Source: an uncultured Candidatus Saccharibacteria bacterium (GTDB lineage: Bacteria > Patescibacteriota > Minisyncoccia > 2-02-FULL-40-12 > GWA2-44-9). Taken from it: a stretch of 64,000 nucleotides of DNA. The notes beneath the pieces are model-generated. The model searched no databases and was not told where the DNA came from. It saw only the letters and a program-made list of their open reading frames with translations. Below are positions 52,572 to 60,863 of this stretch, one piece after another. Positions within the stretch are counted from its first letter, which is position 1. Each line of letters begins with the position of its first letter. Both the position numbers and the translations under genes were made by a program. The stretch is taken from positions 3,053-67,052 of the forward strand of contig CAZBFM010000001.1 of NCBI GenBank assembly GCA_964491455.1, given 5' to 3'.

Positions 52572-53165
52572 ATGGCCGCAAAATCCGCGTTTTCAATAGT
52601 GGGGTTAGCCCACAAGCTCTGTTTAGCTTTCGAAGCACAGGGCTTCACGCCTGAACTTCTGAACGCACTTGCTGAAAGTCCGCATATCTTGGCTGAGCTG
52701 CGCAATGTCCAACGTGGCTATTCGGAGATCAAACCGATTACCTACGTTATCGACTGTGACGCCAAACCATTTGTACCTGATGAGTTGGAAGTCTTCGAGC
52801 ATATGCCAGGTGGTGTAGTCGTTTGGGACCCAACGAAGATTTGCCTGTTTCTCTCAGAGCGACAGAAGTGTGGTGCACTCGTAGTCGGAAACAAGCTGCG
52901 TAAGGAGCTCGCTCGAAGTCCGACGATGAACGCCAACGTCTTGAGCTTTCTGCTCAAGAACCCGCACCTCATTCCGGAGGACTGGAAGTACGACGAGCGT
53001 GGCAACACGCGCTATATCTTTTTCTGGGGCACAATCTACCGCGACGTTAGTGGACAACTGTGCGTTCCGTATCTGTGCTGGAACAGCTCAGTGTGGGTCC
53101 AAAATTATCACCGGTTGAAATACGTATTCACTTATATTCATCCCGCTGCGATGTACGTGCACTAG
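52572..53165 (+). CDS. DGR target paralog 2 (197 aa) with diverged VR
   Basis: about 50-60% identity to target 1 across length; C-terminus retains …YLCW… and cccgctgcg but mismatches vs TR not A-specific. Confidence 0.7.
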   Translation: MAAKSAFSIVGLAHKLCLAFEAQGFTPELLNALAESPHILAELRNVQRGYSEIKPITYVIDCDAKPFVPDELEVFEHMPGGVVVWDPTKICLFLSERQKCGALVVGNKLRKELARSPTMNANVLSFLLKNPHLIPEDWKYDERGNTRYIFFWGTIYRDVSGQLCVPYLCWNSSVWVQNYHRLKYVFTYIHPAAMYVH

Positions 53166-53180
53166 CACTGCTCAGCTTTC

Positions 53181-53210
53181 AGCCGACACACATGTGTCGG
53201 CTTTTTTGTT
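53181..53210 (+). terminator. hairpin agccgacacacatgtgtcggct + T6
   Basis: same hairpin repeats after paralog 3. Confidence 0.6.
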
Positions 53211-53312
53211 GGCGGCAGTGCTTGCATTATGGAGAATTCGTTGTATAATATATTTGTTCGTTAAGAATTCGAAGGCAAGTAGACTGACGAGCGAGAATTT
53301 AAAGGAGTACGC

Positions 53313-53771
53313 ATGAGGACTATGTTGAAGCGCCAATCTGGGAGTCGGGCGCATACGCGAGCTGAACATTCAATCGACTGTGACGCAGATCCGTATGGGC
53401 CCAGTGGCTGGAGCGTGAGGGCGCATCGTAGACGGGGCATTGTGCTCTGGGACTGCGGTAAGGTGGCACTGTTTCACTCTGATCGGCAAATGGGTGACGC
53501 GTGTATCACCGGGTTTGAGCTCCTCAAAGAGCTCAGCACGAACCAATCGATGAATGCCAACGTACTGGACTTTCTTCTGACTCATCCGCAATACATCCCG
53601 AAGAGTTGGAAAGGAAAGTACGTGTTTTTCATGGATACGATCTACGACGATGATGAAGGCGACGGATGCGTTCGCTGTCTCGCGTTTAGCGGCATGCATT
53701 GGTTTTGGTCGCACGGTTATTTGCGCGACAAATTTAGTGCGAATAACCCCGTCGCTGTCCGTGTAGTATAA
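53313..53771 (+). CDS. DGR target paralog 3 (N-terminally shorter, 152 aa) with diverged VR
   Basis: shares IDCDADP, MNANVLDFLL, NNPVAVR-type C-terminus; own TATAAT promoter copy. Confidence 0.65.
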   Translation: MRTMLKRQSGSRAHTRAEHSIDCDADPYGPSGWSVRAHRRRGIVLWDCGKVALFHSDRQMGDACITGFELLKELSTNQSMNANVLDFLLTHPQYIPKSWKGKYVFFMDTIYDDDEGDGCVRCLAFSGMHWFWSHGYLRDKFSANNPVAVRVV

Positions 53772-53791
53772 GACTTATTTGCTTCATCGGC

Positions 53792-53820
53792 AGCCGACAC
53801 ACGTGTGTCGGCTTTTTCAT
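53792..53820 (+). terminator. hairpin agccgacacacgtgtgtcggct + T5
   Basis: near-identical to 53181-53210 element. Confidence 0.6.
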
Positions 53821-53853
53821 ACTCTAGATACGGCGGTGGTATACTAATGAGGC

Positions 53854-55077
53854 ATGTCGAGTGCTCGTGATTCAATTTTTCGATCATATGATATTCGAGG
53901 ATCCTATCCGGGTGATTTTGATACGCAGTTTGCGCAGCGTCTCGGTGCTCGTGTGACTCAGTGGCTGCCAACAGGGCCGATAATTATCGGTCGCGATGCG
54001 CGTGCAACGAGTGATGGGCTTGCCTATGCCGTCGTTGATGGAGCGCTCCATGCTGGCGCCCAGATTATTGATGTGGGTGTCGTGTCGACACCGCAATTCT
54101 ATTGGGCGATACGGTCTCGTGGCGCCACGGGCGGTATTATGATCACTGCTTCGCATAATCCTGCACAGGACAATGGATTTAAAGTTATTGCTATCCGTGG
54201 AGGCGTGTTGGAGGTGGTTGGAGGGGATGTATTGCGGCAAATAGTTGACGTGCATGAGCATGGCGCAGCTACAACAGGGACGATAGAATTCGCGTCAGTG
54301 CTGGAGGGGTATACTGCGGCTGTTGCGTATGCGGCGCGCTGGCAAGGAGGGCGCGAGCTCGTGACCTCTTGCGATGGCCCACGGGCCGTACAAGCCGTCC
54401 TGGAGCGTCTGGGCCCTATTGCTACGAGCGATACGCTGGCGGTACGATTTGACGCCGATGGTGACCGCGTCAATTTCTTTGAGTCTGGTCAGCAGATTCC
54501 ATCAGACTTTATCTTTCTTCTCCTGGCGGAATACTACGGCTACGCGCCATTGGTGTTTGATCTGCGATTTTCGAAAACGGTACGACAGCGACTTGATGCA
54601 CGTCAGGTCTCCTATGAGGTGTCTGCGGTGGGGCGTGTGCAATTGACGCAGGCCATGCATCGCCTCGGTGCGCAATTCGGGGGAGAGACGAGCGGACACT
54701 TCTATTGGAAAGAGTTTGGTGGTATGGAGTGTCCCGAGCTCACGATGTTGCGTGTGCTCGAAATTATGCGGTCCAGCAAGCAGTCGCTAACATCGCTCAC
54801 TGCTCCTTATCGACTGTATGCGAAAAGCGAGGAGCTTACGGTGCCATTGGCAGATCGAAAACATGCGGCTTCTCTCATGCGCGTATTGCAGCAAAAATAT
54901 GAGGATGCGCACATCACGCATGTTGATGGTGTCACGATTGAATATGAGGAATGGTGGTGCACAGTGCGCCCATCAAACACGGAGCCCCTCTTGCGAATTG
55001 TCGTCGAGGCTATCAATAAAAAAATCCTCGATCAAGCGATCGAGGAGGTGATGACAATTCTTCATCAGGGAAGGTGA
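53854..55077 (+). CDS. phosphoglucomutase/phosphomannomutase family protein
   Basis: …IRGSYPGDF…; active-site TASHNP. Confidence 0.85.
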   Translation: MSSARDSIFRSYDIRGSYPGDFDTQFAQRLGARVTQWLPTGPIIIGRDARATSDGLAYAVVDGALHAGAQIIDVGVVSTPQFYWAIRSRGATGGIMITASHNPAQDNGFKVIAIRGGVLEVVGGDVLRQIVDVHEHGAATTGTIEFASVLEGYTAAVAYAARWQGGRELVTSCDGPRAVQAVLERLGPIATSDTLAVRFDADGDRVNFFESGQQIPSDFIFLLLAEYYGYAPLVFDLRFSKTVRQRLDARQVSYEVSAVGRVQLTQAMHRLGAQFGGETSGHFYWKEFGGMECPELTMLRVLEIMRSSKQSLTSLTAPYRLYAKSEELTVPLADRKHAASLMRVLQQKYEDAHITHVDGVTIEYEEWWCTVRPSNTEPLLRIVVEAINKKILDQAIEEVMTILHQGR

Positions 55078-55297
55078 GACTTGTAGACAATACTAATCGA
55101 TGCGATCTCCTCGCCGGGCACGGGGGTCGTTTGACCATCGGCGTGGAGTGCTTGTCGCAGGGTCGACGAGAGCTCGCCGATTTCAAGCGTGCACTTACGA
55201 GTTGCGCTTCTTGCAACAGTGCCACTGGGGCGATTGAAATTATCGATAACCCACCGCGGAGGCGGAGGGACGTTCTCTGCTGTCATACCATAGCTCC

Positions 55298-56296
55298 TTA
55301 TCGCAACCCCATGCGGCTGAAGGCCTCTTCGAGGTTTTGCGACGCAATAGTTCTAGCTTTTTCTTCTGACTCGGTCAATATTTTCTGCACACGCTGTGGA
55401 TCGGCCACGAATGCGGCACGACGCGCTTGGAGTGGCTCAAGGAAGGCCACGACGCAGTCGGCGATTTCCTGCTTAAAGACGGAATATGACTTTCCCGCAA
55501 AGTGCTCCTCGAGCGATGCTATTGGTGTGTTCGAGAGCGTTGCCATGAGGGTGAGCAAATTGGAAACCGCCGGCTTGGCCTCTTCGTCAAAACGGATTTC
55601 GTTGCCTGAATCGGTGACGGCGCGCTTAATTTTGCCACGCACAATGTCTGGTTCGTCGGTGAGTGCGATACCATCATCGCCGGTCTTCGACATTTTCTTT
55701 GTGGGGTCTTGGAGGCTCATAATGCGGGCGCCGGTGGCAAGATGGGGTTTGACGCGAGGGAATAGCTCTCCGAAGAGGTGATTAAATTTGCCTCCGACTT
55801 CGTTAGTGAGCTCAATGTGGACGACCTGATCTTCGCCAACCGGTACGAGATCGGCTTTGTAGAGAAGGATGTCGGCCGCCATCAGAACAGGGTAGGATAG
55901 TAGTCCAAGATTGTTCTGGTAGCTGGCGCCGCGGTCACCCATGGCATTAACCTGGTCAACTTTCTCGCGCCAGTTTGGCAGACGCTCCAGCCAGCCGACG
56001 GGAGTAATCGTCGACAGCAGCCACATAAGCTGGGTGTGCTGTGGAATGCGCGATTGGCGGACGAGAAGTGCTTTTTCGGGGTTAATGCCGGCGGCGAGGT
56101 AGTCGAGGATGACGTCATCAATCTGTGTCTGAAATGACGCAGGCTCAAATGGCGTCGTAATACCATGGAGATCGACAACTCCAAAGATTGCCAGCTCCGC
56201 CGAGTCTTGGAGTTCAATCCAGTTTTTGATGGCACCGATATAATTGCCCAGATGAAGCTTTCCACTGGGGCGCATGCCACTAAAGATACGAGTCAT
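55298..56296 (-). CDS. trpS: tryptophan--tRNA ligase
   Basis: start at internal Met MTRIFSGMRPSGKLHLGNY (HIGH-type); KMSKT motif (KKMSKTGDDG). Confidence 0.9.
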   Translation of the reverse strand: MTRIFSGMRPSGKLHLGNYIGAIKNWIELQDSAELAIFGVVDLHGITTPFEPASFQTQIDDVILDYLAAGINPEKALLVRQSRIPQHTQLMWLLSTITPVGWLERLPNWREKVDQVNAMGDRGASYQNNLGLLSYPVLMAADILLYKADLVPVGEDQVVHIELTNEVGGKFNHLFGELFPRVKPHLATGARIMSLQDPTKKMSKTGDDGIALTDEPDIVRGKIKRAVTDSGNEIRFDEEAKPAVSNLLTLMATLSNTPIASLEEHFAGKSYSVFKQEIADCVVAFLEPLQARRAAFVADPQRVQKILTESEEKARTIASQNLEEAFSRMGLR

Positions 56297-56382
56297 GCGT
56301 ATAGTGTACGATGCGATGAGAAAAATCGATATATTGACTAAGAGTATATAATAATGTAATATAATAATCGAAAGGAGTGCCA

Positions 56383-56676
56383 ATGAGCACTGTTGAAAGC
56401 AGGTTGTACCTGCATGACGAGCCGACGATTCGTGACATTATGGATATGATTGCGAAGCATCGTCGGGCGTGGGATGGATACCGAGTCACGCTCAATATTC
56501 ATCTGATTCCGGGGCGTGAGGAGTCGCTACCCAATGAGTTTCCGCATCCGGAGCTGCTTGATCAGCTTCGCGAGCGACTCAGAGATGCCGCCAGCGTGGA
56601 GACATGCATTCGTAGCTGGGTGGACCCCGAGCGTGAGGAGGATCAAGCAGCTTGGGTCATTGTTGTTCGTTGCTAG
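56383..56676 (+). CDS. hypothetical protein (97 aa)
   Basis: TTGACT-N17-TAATAT promoter, AAAGGAG RBS, strong terminator downstream. Confidence 0.5.
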   Translation: MSTVESRLYLHDEPTIRDIMDMIAKHRRAWDGYRVTLNIHLIPGREESLPNEFPHPELLDQLRERLRDAASVETCIRSWVDPEREEDQAAWVIVVRC

Positions 56677-56681
56677 TCGTC

Positions 56682-56711
56682 AGGCGCCCGCACAGCGCGG
56701 GCGTTTTTTAT
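56682..56711 (+). terminator. intrinsic terminator (cgcccgcacagcgcgggcg + T-run)
   Basis: hairpin plus TTTTTTA. Confidence 0.55.
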
Positions 56712-56713
56712 AC

Positions 56714-56740
56714 AAAAAACCGCCTCCGAAGAGGCGGGGA
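56714..56740 (-). terminator. minus-strand terminator copy 1 (ccccgcctcttcggaggcgg + T-run)
   Basis: one of three near-identical hairpins, each at the 3' end of a zinc-ribbon paralog. Confidence 0.6.
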
Positions 56741-56744
56741 GCGC

Positions 56745-57131
56745 TTACGCTGGGCGAAGACCAGAACCCTTGCACGTTGGGCAGTCTTGTAGTGTGGAAT
56801 CTATGGGACTTCCAATGTACCGTTCACCGTCGCCATAACAATCAGGGCAAAGTCTTTTAAGAATACTCAATTGCGCCGATTGCATGAGAGCTTCCTGTGA
56901 TTTAAGGAGGCCTTCAGCAAGTGTCTTGCGATGCGTTAGGACTGGCTCTAGGCCTTCGGTACACGGATGGAGCGTCACTCCCGCAGCAATGAGTCGTTTG
57001 CTCAGTTCTTGATAGACAAGTAGATCGTCAGACGCTGCCCTGAAGTCTTCTCGCAGTCGCTCAATGCTGCTTCTCCCAATTCGTCTCAAATTTGTTAGCT
57101 CAAGAGCTTCATCAGCTTGTCCGTTTATCAT
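56745..57131 (-). CDS. small helical protein with C-terminal DnaJ-like double CxxCxGxG zinc ribbon (paralog A)
   Basis: start at internal Met (AAGGAG RBS); C-terminus CPDCYGDGERY…CPTCKGSG; own TTGACA-N17-TATATT promoter. Confidence 0.55.
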   Translation of the reverse strand: MINGQADEALELTNLRRIGRSSIERLREDFRAASDDLLVYQELSKRLIAAGVTLHPCTEGLEPVLTHRKTLAEGLLKSQEALMQSAQLSILKRLCPDCYGDGERYIGSPIDSTLQDCPTCKGSGLRPA

Positions 57132-57187
57132 GGCAACTCCTTGGTAGCGTTCTAATGAAATATACATTGATATGCTTAATATGTCAA

Positions 57188-57214
57188 TAAAAACCGCCTC
57201 CGAAGAGGCGGGGA
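57188..57214 (-). terminator. minus-strand terminator copy 2 (same hairpin)
   Basis: aaaaaccgcctccgaagaggcgggg on plus strand. Confidence 0.6.
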
Positions 57215-57217
57215 ACG

Positions 57218-57640
57218 TCAGCAGCCGTTGGGCTGCGGTGTATACGAAGGCTTTGCAGAAATGCTCACGCCTTTGCAGTCGGGGCAGATCGTGGTGACGG
57301 GAGTCGTCTGGTCGCGCCCATCGGCTGAATATGTCACTGAATGAATGCCTTTGCACGTGGCACAGGTGCGTGTTTTCAGCGCATTCAGCTTCGCGACGAG
57401 CGCGAGCAGTTCATCGAGCTGAAAATGGAGCCGATTAAGCTCTTCCTGCAGCGCGAACTCGATGCATGACTGCTGCTGAGTGCCTCCGGAGGGAGCTCCC
57501 TCAAGATCCGTGATGATTCGGTGCGATTCGCGAACGGTGGTTAACATTTTCTCCTTATCGCGAATGAGCGACTTGAGCGTTGTTTGGTGGATCTCAAGAT
57601 CGTCAATGATCCAGTAGACGCGATTCAGTGGCATGCTCAT
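57218..57640 (-). CDS. small helical protein with C-terminal CxxCxG…CxxCxG zinc ribbon (paralog B)
   Basis: 140 aa; CATCKGIH…CPDCKGVS; own TTGACT-N17-TATAGT promoter and AAAGGAG RBS. Confidence 0.55.
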   Translation of the reverse strand: MSMPLNRVYWIIDDLEIHQTTLKSLIRDKEKMLTTVRESHRIITDLEGAPSGGTQQQSCIEFALQEELNRLHFQLDELLALVAKLNALKTRTCATCKGIHSVTYSADGRDQTTPVTTICPDCKGVSISAKPSYTPQPNGC

Positions 57641-57705
57641 ACATTTCTCCTTTGAAATGAACGTGAGTATACTATAACAAAAAAATATAAAGTAGTCAAT
57701 ACAAC

Positions 57706-57730
57706 AAAACCGCCTCCGAAGAGGCGGTGA
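57706..57730 (-). terminator. minus-strand terminator copy 3 (same hairpin)
   Basis: aaaaccgcctccgaagaggcggtga on plus strand. Confidence 0.6.
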
Positions 57731-57733
57731 GTA

Positions 57734-58114
57734 CTACCAGCGCATGCCGGTCCCGTTGCAGTCGGCGCAGGTCACGAGATTGACTCCGTTTGGATACGGT
57801 GCCAGTCGCTGGAACTGCTTACCCTGCCCGTTGCAGGAACGGCAGACCTTACTGGCGATACGTTTATGAAACTCGTCCGTAACTCTGCGGAGTCGAGTGA
57901 CGCGAGCGTACATTTTCTTGTGCAGCGCTTTGAGCTCGCGCAGATGCGTTGCGGTACGTGCTGTGATGCCGAGAGCGCGATACATCTTCGCACTCTGTTC
58001 GTAGAACTGTATCTCGGAACTTACGGTTGAGAGCTGGGCACTGGCACTATTGAGAGCATTGCCTCCGCTTGCCAATACAGCCAGCACGTCTTGGCCTGCG
58101 AAGGGGAAGTGCAT
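57734..58114 (-). CDS. small helical protein with C-terminal double CxxCxGxG zinc ribbon (paralog C)
   Basis: CRSCNGQGKQF…CADCNGTG; start 58114 or 58129 (3 nt after stop of upstream gene, translational coupling). Confidence 0.55.
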   Translation of the reverse strand: MHFPFAGQDVLAVLASGGNALNSASAQLSTVSSEIQFYEQSAKMYRALGITARTATHLRELKALHKKMYARVTRLRRVTDEFHKRIASKVCRSCNGQGKQFQRLAPYPNGVNLVTCADCNGTGMRW

Positions 58115-58132
58115 TTTCGATCGTCTCATGCG

Positions 58133-58468
58133 TTACTCCGATTTCTGCGCAGCTTCAGCGAACATCTCTTCGAGCTTACTCTTCATTGCTGTGAGCGCCA
58201 TTATGCAAGTGTCTATTTCGTCGAGTTGGCGATTCGCATCAAGGAGGGCGCGCGAGGCGATCGTTTGCCATTCTTCCGTGTGAACGATAAGGCGCGTCTC
58301 TCTTATCAAGAAGTCTTTGCGATGATTGATAAGCGTCCAGAAGCGCAGTCTCTCCTTGCTAGCCTGCTGAGTCAAATAGATCTCGCCTCGGATTTTACGT
58401 GCAAGATCGATGTCCGCGTTGACGGCTTCAATGCTGGTGTATCGAGTACTAATATACTGTAAATCCAC
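58133..58468 (-). CDS. small helical protein, zinc-ribbon-less member of the same array (paralog D)
   Basis: probable GTG start with AAGGAG RBS 6 nt upstream; coiled-coil-like. Confidence 0.45.
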   Translation of the reverse strand: MDLQYISTRYTSIEAVNADIDLARKIRGEIYLTQQASKERLRFWTLINHRKDFLIRETRLIVHTEEWQTIASRALLDANRQLDEIDTCIMALTAMKSKLEEMFAEAAQKSE

Positions 58469-58570
58469 GGGATGCTCCTTGTAAATGAACAAAGAGATTA
58501 TACAGCAATATCATGATACATCAACATCCCGCATGTGCGGGATGTTGGGTGAGAGCTATGGAGATTCGTT

Positions 58571-60667
58571 TTAGACCTCGATGATGACAGGAAGAATCAT
58601 AGGACGACGCTCTGTTTTCTGGAACAAGAACTGTCCGATGTCGTCGCGGATTTCGTCTTTGAGATACGTTAGGTTGAGCGGTCGCGCCTTCTCACCTTCG
58701 ATGATAGTGCGCACGCGTTTGCGTACCTGCATGAGGAGCTCTTTTTGCTCTTTGAGGTAGATGAAGCCGCGACTGATGATGTCGGGGCTGGCGCGCATAC
58801 GACCGGTCTTTGGCTCCACAACGCAGATGATGGTAAACATACCATCTTCTGCGAGCGCTTGGCGATCGCGAAGTACGACGTTGCCGATGTCACCGATACC
58901 CAAGCCGTCCACCATGATGAGATTCGATGGTGCTACTTTCTTATCGAACCACCAGGTATCCGGGGTGAGGTGAATAATCTGACCGTTATCTGCGATTACG
59001 ATGTTTTCTTCGGGGATGCCGACAGCTTTACCGAGCTCACCGTTGGAAACCATCATGCTGTACTGGCCATGGTGGGGGATGAGAAACTTTGGACGTGTCA
59101 GAAGCATGATTTCCTTGAGATCTTCCTGACGTGCGTGTCCTCCTGCGTGGATGTCCATCATGGCGTAGTGGTACACTTTGACGCCACCACGGTAGAGCAT
59201 GTCTTTGAGGTACTGCACGGATCGCTCGTTGCCTGGAATGACGGAGCTTGAAAAGATAACGGTATCCTTTCGCTGCATCTGGATGTGACGATGTTCGCCA
59301 TTGACTATACGCATGAGTGAGGCACCTTCCTGTCCCATGGCACCTGTGGCAACCACAGTGATTTGCTCGCGAGGATAGTCCTTAATCTGTTCCATCGAGA
59401 TCTGGGTACCCTTTTGCATCTTGATGTAGCCCATCTCTTTGGCGATTTCGACATTACTCTTGAGGGAGTAGCCATCGAAGATCACTTTGCGGCCATACTT
59501 TTCAGACAGCTGGACGAGCTGCTGCATGCGGTTGATCATCGAGCTAAAGGTACCGACGATGAGCATGCCGGTGGCATCCTTGAAGATGATGTCCATGTTC
59601 TCATAGATGGTCTGCTCGGAAACGGAGTGTCCCGGGCGCTCAGCATCGGTGGAGTCCACCATGAGAGCGAGTACGCCACGATCGCCGAATGAGCGAATCT
59701 TCATGAGGTCGACCGGCTTGTCGTTGATAGGGGTCGCATCAAACTTGAAGTCGGCTGTGTGGATGAAGTTGCCCGCTGGGGTCTCGATGAACGTTCCCAA
59801 GTCATCAGGAATGTTGTGGTTCATGTGGAAGAATTCCACCTTGAAGTAGTCGCCCATCTGTACGACGTCGCCATCTTTGACCACGTGAATGGGGAGCTTC
59901 GGGAGCTGAGGGAACTCACTGTGACGCTTGAGAACCAGGTTCTTGGTGAGCTCGGCGGTGTAGATGTCTGGGTTGCCGAGTTTCTGTTGCAAGTATGGTA
60001 CAGCTCCTACGTGGTCCATGTGGCCGTGCGTGAGGATGAGGCCGCGAATGCGGTCGGTCTTGCCCTCGAGGTATCCGACGTTCGGGATGATAAAATCAAT
60101 GCCTGGCATGGACTCGTCGGGGAACTTAATACCCACATCAATAATAATGATGTCGTCTTTGTACTCGAGCATGTAGGCGTTCTTTCCGATTTCGCCTAAT
60201 CCACCAAGTGCAATGACTTTGAGCGTATCGTCGCCCGCTGACTCGCCGAGCTCTTTGGGAGCGCCAATGCGACCCTCGTGAAGCTGGGTGGGCATGAGAC
60301 GGCGCTGGCTTGGCAATTTCTTACGAGGCATGCCGAGTCGTCGATCGCGCTTGCCGCGCTTTGGTGTTTCGTCTGCTGCTGCAGATGTTGCGCTTGCGCC
60401 AGGTGCTGGAGGCTCATCTTCCTTGCGAGGAGGATGGCTTGCGAATTGCTGTGGGCGAGGAGTGCTCCCCGGTGCCTGTGGTTGTCGACGCTGGAAGCGA
60501 TTGCGACGATGTCCTCCCTGCGGATGTCCACCGGCGTGGTATGCGCGTTGAGCAATAGGCTCCTTTTTTTGAGGAGCAGAGGCGAGAGTTGCTGTGGGTG
60601 CTGGCACTGGGTCAAGACCGGGGCCAAATCCTGTTGGTACGGGTTTCGTGTCTGGGGTATCTGACAT
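58571..60667 (-). CDS. rnj: ribonuclease J (metallo-beta-lactamase/beta-CASP) with about 140-aa disordered Pro/Arg/Gly-rich N-terminal extension
   Basis: …LTHGHMDHVGAVPYL… HxHxDH motif; beta-CASP region; 698 aa. Confidence 0.9.
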   Translation of the reverse strand: MSDTPDTKPVPTGFGPGLDPVPAPTATLASAPQKKEPIAQRAYHAGGHPQGGHRRNRFQRRQPQAPGSTPRPQQFASHPPRKEDEPPAPGASATSAAADETPKRGKRDRRLGMPRKKLPSQRRLMPTQLHEGRIGAPKELGESAGDDTLKVIALGGLGEIGKNAYMLEYKDDIIIIDVGIKFPDESMPGIDFIIPNVGYLEGKTDRIRGLILTHGHMDHVGAVPYLQQKLGNPDIYTAELTKNLVLKRHSEFPQLPKLPIHVVKDGDVVQMGDYFKVEFFHMNHNIPDDLGTFIETPAGNFIHTADFKFDATPINDKPVDLMKIRSFGDRGVLALMVDSTDAERPGHSVSEQTIYENMDIIFKDATGMLIVGTFSSMINRMQQLVQLSEKYGRKVIFDGYSLKSNVEIAKEMGYIKMQKGTQISMEQIKDYPREQITVVATGAMGQEGASLMRIVNGEHRHIQMQRKDTVIFSSSVIPGNERSVQYLKDMLYRGGVKVYHYAMMDIHAGGHARQEDLKEIMLLTRPKFLIPHHGQYSMMVSNGELGKAVGIPEENIVIADNGQIIHLTPDTWWFDKKVAPSNLIMVDGLGIGDIGNVVLRDRQALAEDGMFTIICVVEPKTGRMRASPDIISRGFIYLKEQKELLMQVRKRVRTIIEGEKARPLNLTYLKDEIRDDIGQFLFQKTERRPMILPVIIEV

Positions 60668-60762
60668 GCTGTCGTGTGTGCTATCGATGTCGCGCAGTTG
60701 AGCGCGGTGGCGATGCAGTTAGGTTAATAGTTGATATGCTACTTGTCCTCACATGAGGTCAA

Positions 60763-60849
60763 TGGTGGGCGAAAGAGGATTTGAACCTCCACGGGATTGC
60801 TCCCACTACGCTCTGAACGTAGCGCGTCTGCCGGTTTCGCCATTCGCCC
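60763..60849 (-). tRNA. tRNA-Leu (anticodon CAG), 87 nt, long variable arm, CCA encoded
   Basis: GGGCGAA acceptor pairs with TTCGCCC; D-arm GCGAAACCGGCAGACGC; anticodon loop TTCAGAG; T-arm GAGGTTCAAATCCTC. Confidence 0.8.
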
Positions 60850-60863
60850 GATTCGGGGTACGT

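Larger units (their letters stand above)
49641..53820 (+). mobile_element. diversity-generating retroelement cassette (target1-VR, TR, avd-like, RT, two target paralogs)
   Basis: combined evidence above. Confidence 0.7.

Noticed and set aside
55065-55286. 73-aa minus-strand ORF between pmm and trpS
   Set aside because: No RBS and an unconvincing sequence. It overlaps the pmm stop, so it was left unannotated.
55074-55781. 235-aa plus-strand ORF
   Set aside because: Lies antisense across the 3' half of trpS. It has no RBS or homology support and is most likely a spurious antisense ORF.
56714-57730. Three identical 20-bp hairpin repeats considered as a CRISPR-like or REP array
   Set aside because: The spacing (about 470-520 nt) contains genes. 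Each hairpin is followed by a T-run on the minus strand and sits at a gene 3' end, so they are duplicated intrinsic terminators.
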